Positions 59,922 through 64,000 of a stretch of DNA of 64,000 nt are shown piece by piece. How positions within the stretch are numbered: position 1 is the stretch's first letter; every line of letters starts with the position of its first letter. This DNA is from Mantamonas sphyraenae STR306 (Eukaryota > Protista > CRuMs). The notes beneath the pieces were generated by a model that ran no database searches, had not been told where the DNA came from, and was given only the letters and a program-made list of their open reading frames with translations. The DNA lies in NCBI GenBank assembly GCA_026936335.1, contig JAPMXV010000076.1, positions 1 to 64,000 of the forward strand, given 5' to 3'. The position numbers and the translations under genes were made by a program.

Positions 59922-60507
59922 GCCATCCACATGCTTCTGGGATCGCAGCCATGGCTTTCTCGGTGTGCAGTTGCCCATCGACCTCCACCGTCAGAATTCC
60001 TGATTCCCCACACCGCACCCGCCAGACGACGAAAACGGGCACATGGGTGGCATTGGATGGTCTCACACGACGCATGTGTTCCATGGGAGCCCATTCATGC
60101 GGTTCATTGCATGACAATCGTGCCTGTGCATTGTCCAGGTGGATCGGGTGGGTGAAACAAGGAGATGGCTTTGGGCACGACGATGGGTTTGTTGAACGGC
60201 CAATTGGGCGCGGTGTTGAGTCGCACGTTGGCGGAGAACAACAGAGATATCCATTGTGGATGACCATGGATGAGGGAATATCAGCAGCTGCGGTGCGCAG
60301 TGGGGACTACGCTTATCCTTCACCCGTGGGTTTCATGGAGGGAGGGATTCATTGAGAGTTGTGGAGAAAGATACACAGAGAGAGTCTGTGTGTGTGTGTT
60401 CAGTGACGTACAGGGGGTGGTGAGGTCGGGAAGGGTCATTGTGTGTGGCTAAAAACCCTCTCGCATCACTCTTGATCTTTGGCTGCTTGCTCACGCGGCC
60501 GACGTAC
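59922..60507 (+). repeat. Duplicated upstream block of LRR gene, copy 1 (partner 63416-64000)
   Basis: Colinear and near-identical from gccatccacatgcttctgggatcgc to gctcacgcggccgacgta. Confidence 0.93.
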
Positions 60508-60511
60508 AGAC

Positions 60512-61888
60512 ATGTTCAGGACGAGAGAACGACTGATCAAGGAGGAATGGATTGAGTCGCTGCATGGCGGTGATGAGCAAGCAATCAGTGAAGCCTTGGC
60601 ACGTGCTGGCAAAGTAAGGGTGGTGGATTTGAGGGGCATCCCTTCCATGGTGAGGTCATGAGTGGCAGCAGACTGGGAACCTGACAGCACATTGCAGGAG
60701 CTGGACCTCCAACGCAACCAGATCGGGGACGAAGGCGCAGCTGCGTTGGGCACAGCACTGGCACAGAACAGCACAGTGCAGGTTCTGGAGCTCTGGGGCA
60801 ACCTGATCGGGGACGAAGGTGCAGCTGCATTGGCCACAGCACTGGCACAGAACAGCACCTTGCAGGTGCTGAGCCTCGGTGGAAACCTGATCGGGGACGA
60901 AGGGGCGGTTGCGTTTGGTTCGGAGCTGGCACAAAGCAGCACATTGCAGAAGCTGGTGCTTAATTACAACCAGATCGGGGACGAAGGGGCAGCTGCGTTG
61001 GGAACGGGACTGTCACACAACAGTACATTGCAGGTGCTGGAGCTCAGTGGCAACGAGTTCGGGTACGAGGGGGCAGCTGCATTGGGCACAGCACTGGCAC
61101 AGAACAGAACATTGCAGATGCTGGAGCTCATGGACAGCCAGATTGGCGACGAAGGGGCAGCTGCGTTGGGCACAGCACTGGCACAGAACAGAACATTGCA
61201 GGAGCTGAACCTCATGAACAACCAGATTGGGGACGAAGGGGCAGCTGCGTTGTTCACCGGACTGGCACAGAACAGAACATTGCAGAAATTGCTAATTCCC
61301 TCTATCCCATCGCTGACACGCACCAATCTGGCTCGCAATACCCAAAAGGCAACTGCGTTCGTCAACTCTGTCCGCAATGGTGATTTGGTGACCATGCAAG
61401 AACTATTTGCATGGGGCGTCCACGTGGATGCACTGGTGGACGAGGAATGTTTGATCACCCCGCTGCTGATCGCTATTCAAGCAAATCAAGCAAAAGCTGC
61501 GAGAGCCTTGTTGGAGCATGGTGCAACTGTGACCCCTGCTGTCAGGGAATGGATGGATGATGTGGGCTGGTCACCCCAGTGGCACTTTCTCTGGAGCCCA
61601 CAGGTGGACAAGCAAGTGGAGACGGCCATGGTGATGAACATGGAGGAGCGGGAAGTGATGTTTGACGCAGGGGGGATGGATGAGTACGAGCCCACGGCTG
61701 AGTGGTTCACCCAGCCTGACGAGGTGGTATCGAGGGTCATGGACTGGCTGATACGACTGCCTGAGGACCAATCACCGACGCCAGCTGGTGGCAATCAAGC
61801 ACACAAGCGCCAGCACGACGACGACGACGTAGTCCACACTACAGGCAACGATACCAGCACGCACGATACCAAACGGCATCGTGTGTAG
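60512..61888 (+). CDS. LRR(~7)-ankyrin protein with C-terminal F-box-like motif (exon 60512-60613, intron 60614-60697)
   Basis: Exon KEEWIESLHGGDEQAISEALARAGK is homologous to exon 1 of the other two LRR genes. Intron GTAAGG..ctgac..CAG; ankyrin ITPLLIAIQANQAKAARALLEHGA; tail TQPDEVVSRVMDW. Confidence 0.87.
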
Positions 61889-62504
61889 GCAATGTCTCTT
61901 TGCAAGCAGTCACACCTTGTGTTCTGTGCTCCATCTTCCAGGAGTGTCGCACATGGCAAGCGTTGGTTGGGATGTTGCAATGTGGAAGTGGTGTGTGGCT
62001 GGTGTCGGCGACCAGAAAGACGCCGGAAGATTGCGCGGGGCTCCTGCTGTGCCACCGTACGCACGCGGCAAGGGGAATCCTCCAGGGAGGCAGATGGTCT
62101 CATGCAAAGTATGGGAGGGTAACGGGCCAGCAGGTTTGGCATGTTGTGGTGACACCCGGGGCAGTGTCAACTTCTGCCAGGATCAGTGCCCTGCGCAGCG
62201 TGTTTGTGCAGATACAACACCAACGAACAGAACCAATTGGTCATGGGCATGCACACACGAAAACGAGTCCCCGCACATTGTTTGTGGTTGCATCGAGGAC
62301 GACGCAGCATTTGGGTGGGAATTCCACCCTTGGATTGCGACTGCATGCCGGGAAGACCCCGTGGTGGTTGCGATCCCGATGCATGCAGTTTGCCAACACA
62401 CTGTACTTGATGGTGATTCCACTGGCAAGAATGACAGTGGTACAACACAGCACACAAAGAGCAAGAGAGACCACACCACAACCCAACACACCCGACCGCA
62501 AGAG

Positions 62505-62843
62505 ATGAGCACACGCGTTTGCCAGACTTGCCACCAGACCACAGACCGAACCCAGGATTGTCGCTATGGCCAGCGATGCCGGTATGGGCCCGAGCGATGC
62601 CGGTTCCACCACTGCCATCACCACCTCCACCGGCCACGATGGAGTGGTGAGCACAGCCACCGGACGCAGCCGCAGCAGCAGCAGCAGCAGCAGAGACACA
62701 CGAAGAAGCAGCGGGAGAAGAAGCAGGAGGCAGGAGACGAGGAGCAGGCAGAGGGAGCAATGACCGAGCAGCTGATGCAGGTGGTCGTCACCGTCAGCAC
62801 AGCTGTGGTCACCAGCATCCTCCGCTCACGCGGATGGATCTGA
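62505..62843 (+). CDS. Small protein with the same N-terminal Cys/His module, poly-Q and a hydrophobic C-terminal helix
   Basis: MSTRVCQTCHQTTDRTQDCRYGQRCRYGPERCRFHHC matches the starts of the RBR and vWA genes. Confidence 0.7.
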   Translation: MSTRVCQTCHQTTDRTQDCRYGQRCRYGPERCRFHHCHHHLHRPRWSGEHSHRTQPQQQQQQQRHTKKQREKKQEAGDEEQAEGAMTEQLMQVVVTVSTAVVTSILRSRGWI

Positions 62844-63415
62844 GCCCACCTGCCCCCCCTGGACGACACACGTGGACGAGGAGAGGAGAAGGAGAGACTG
62901 GGAGAGAGATGGAAGAGAGAAAGTGAGCGGATGAGATGACATTCTCTCTTTTTATCCCTTTTGGCTTGTGTCTTGGTTCCCCGCACCACCCCCAATGTGT
63001 GACAATGACACCAACCAAGGGATGCAAAAAAGAAAGAACCCCCCCACAGTTGTGTGCGTGGGGTGGGGTAGGGTGTGTGTGTGTGTGTGTGTCGGTGCTG
63101 GTCATGGTGGATCACCATCCATTGTCTCGGGCCATCCGCTGCAGACCTCGCACCAGCTGCACTCGGTCATCCCCCGACGCTCGCCCTGGGTCGATGTGGG
63201 CGTTGGCCAGAAAGGCGCGGTTGCCTCGGGCCAGGTTGGGAGCTCCGTCTGCGTTGATGGCCATCCACCGGTAGTCACCGCCGGTGGTCCAGACTCGGGC
63301 GCGTCGCTGTCGCTCGTTGGGCATCTTGTGTGTGTTTGCTGTGGGTTGGGGTTGGGTTAGCGGGGTGCGCTGGTGTCATTGTGGGTCCCATGGTGCCATT
63401 TTGTACACGGCAGGA

Positions 63416-64000
63416 GCCATCCACATGCTTCTGGGATCGCAGCCATGGCTTTCTCGGTGTGCAGTTGCCCATCGACCTCCACCGCCAGAATTCCTGATTC
63501 CCCACACCGCACCCGCCAGTCGACGAAAACGGACACTTGGATGGCATTGGATGGTCCCACACGATGATTGTGTTCCATGGGAACCCATGCATGCGGTTCA
63601 TTGCATGACAATCGTGCCTGTGCATTGTCCAGGTGGATCGAGTGGGTGGAACAAGGAGATGGCTTTGGCCACGACGATGGGTTTGTTGAACGGCCAATTG
63701 GGCGCGGGATTGAGTCGCACGTTGGCGGGGAACAACATTGGGAACCATTGTGGATGACCATGGATGAGGGAATATCAGCAGCTGCGGTGCGCAGTGGGGA
63801 CTACGCTTATCTTTCACCCGTGGGTTTCATGGAGGGAGGGCTTCATTGAGAGTTGTGGGGAAAGGCACACAGAGAGAGAGTCTGTGTGTGTGTTCAGTGA
63901 CATACAGGGGGTGGTGAGGTGGGGAAGGGTCATTGTTGTTGGCAAAAAACCCTCTCGCGTCACACTTGATCTTTGGCTGCTTGCTCACGCGGCCGACGTA
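63416..64000 (+). repeat. Duplicated upstream block, copy 2 (runs off the window)
   Basis: See 59922-60507. Confidence 0.93.

Noticed and set aside
60659-60661. In-frame TGA between ORFs 60479..60661 and 60662..61888, suggesting readthrough, selenocysteine or an alternative code
   Set aside because: It falls within a GTAAGG..ctgac..CAG intron (60614-60697) whose position matches the intron of the two paralogues. TGA is used as a normal stop elsewhere in the window.

Overview
This is a eukaryotic chromosome end. About 178 bp of (CCCTAA)n telomere is followed by a gene-dense, GC-rich subtelomere with short GT-AG introns (about 60-150 nt, branch-like CTGAC/CTAAC/CTCAC motifs), consistent with a protist. 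The organism cannot be identified from the sequence. No housekeeping genes, rRNA, tRNA or CRISPR arrays were seen. Gene content, assigned by reading motifs by eye: a telomere-adjacent protein built from an ABAB repeat of an unrecognised domain; two paralogues resembling catalytically degenerate tyrosine recombinases; a patatin phospholipase; three RNI-type LRR-ankyrin genes with a homologous first exon (one continues through three frameshifts into Roc-COR, two end in an F-box-like tail); a Crinkler-like coiled-coil/PD-(D/E)xK/kinase gene; a tandem F-box-like family (3 genes plus a fragment); two BTB-BACK genes (one with SPRY); an RBR E3 ligase head-to-head with a vWA gene, sharing an N-terminal Cys/His module also found on a third small protein; a Cys-cluster/HNH-like gene between direct repeats; and a secreted protein. 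Several segmental duplications and a four-copy noncoding element bracket individual genes. My working inference is a subtelomeric, recombination-diversified recognition and ubiquitin-ligase (defence-like) island. No database searches were run.
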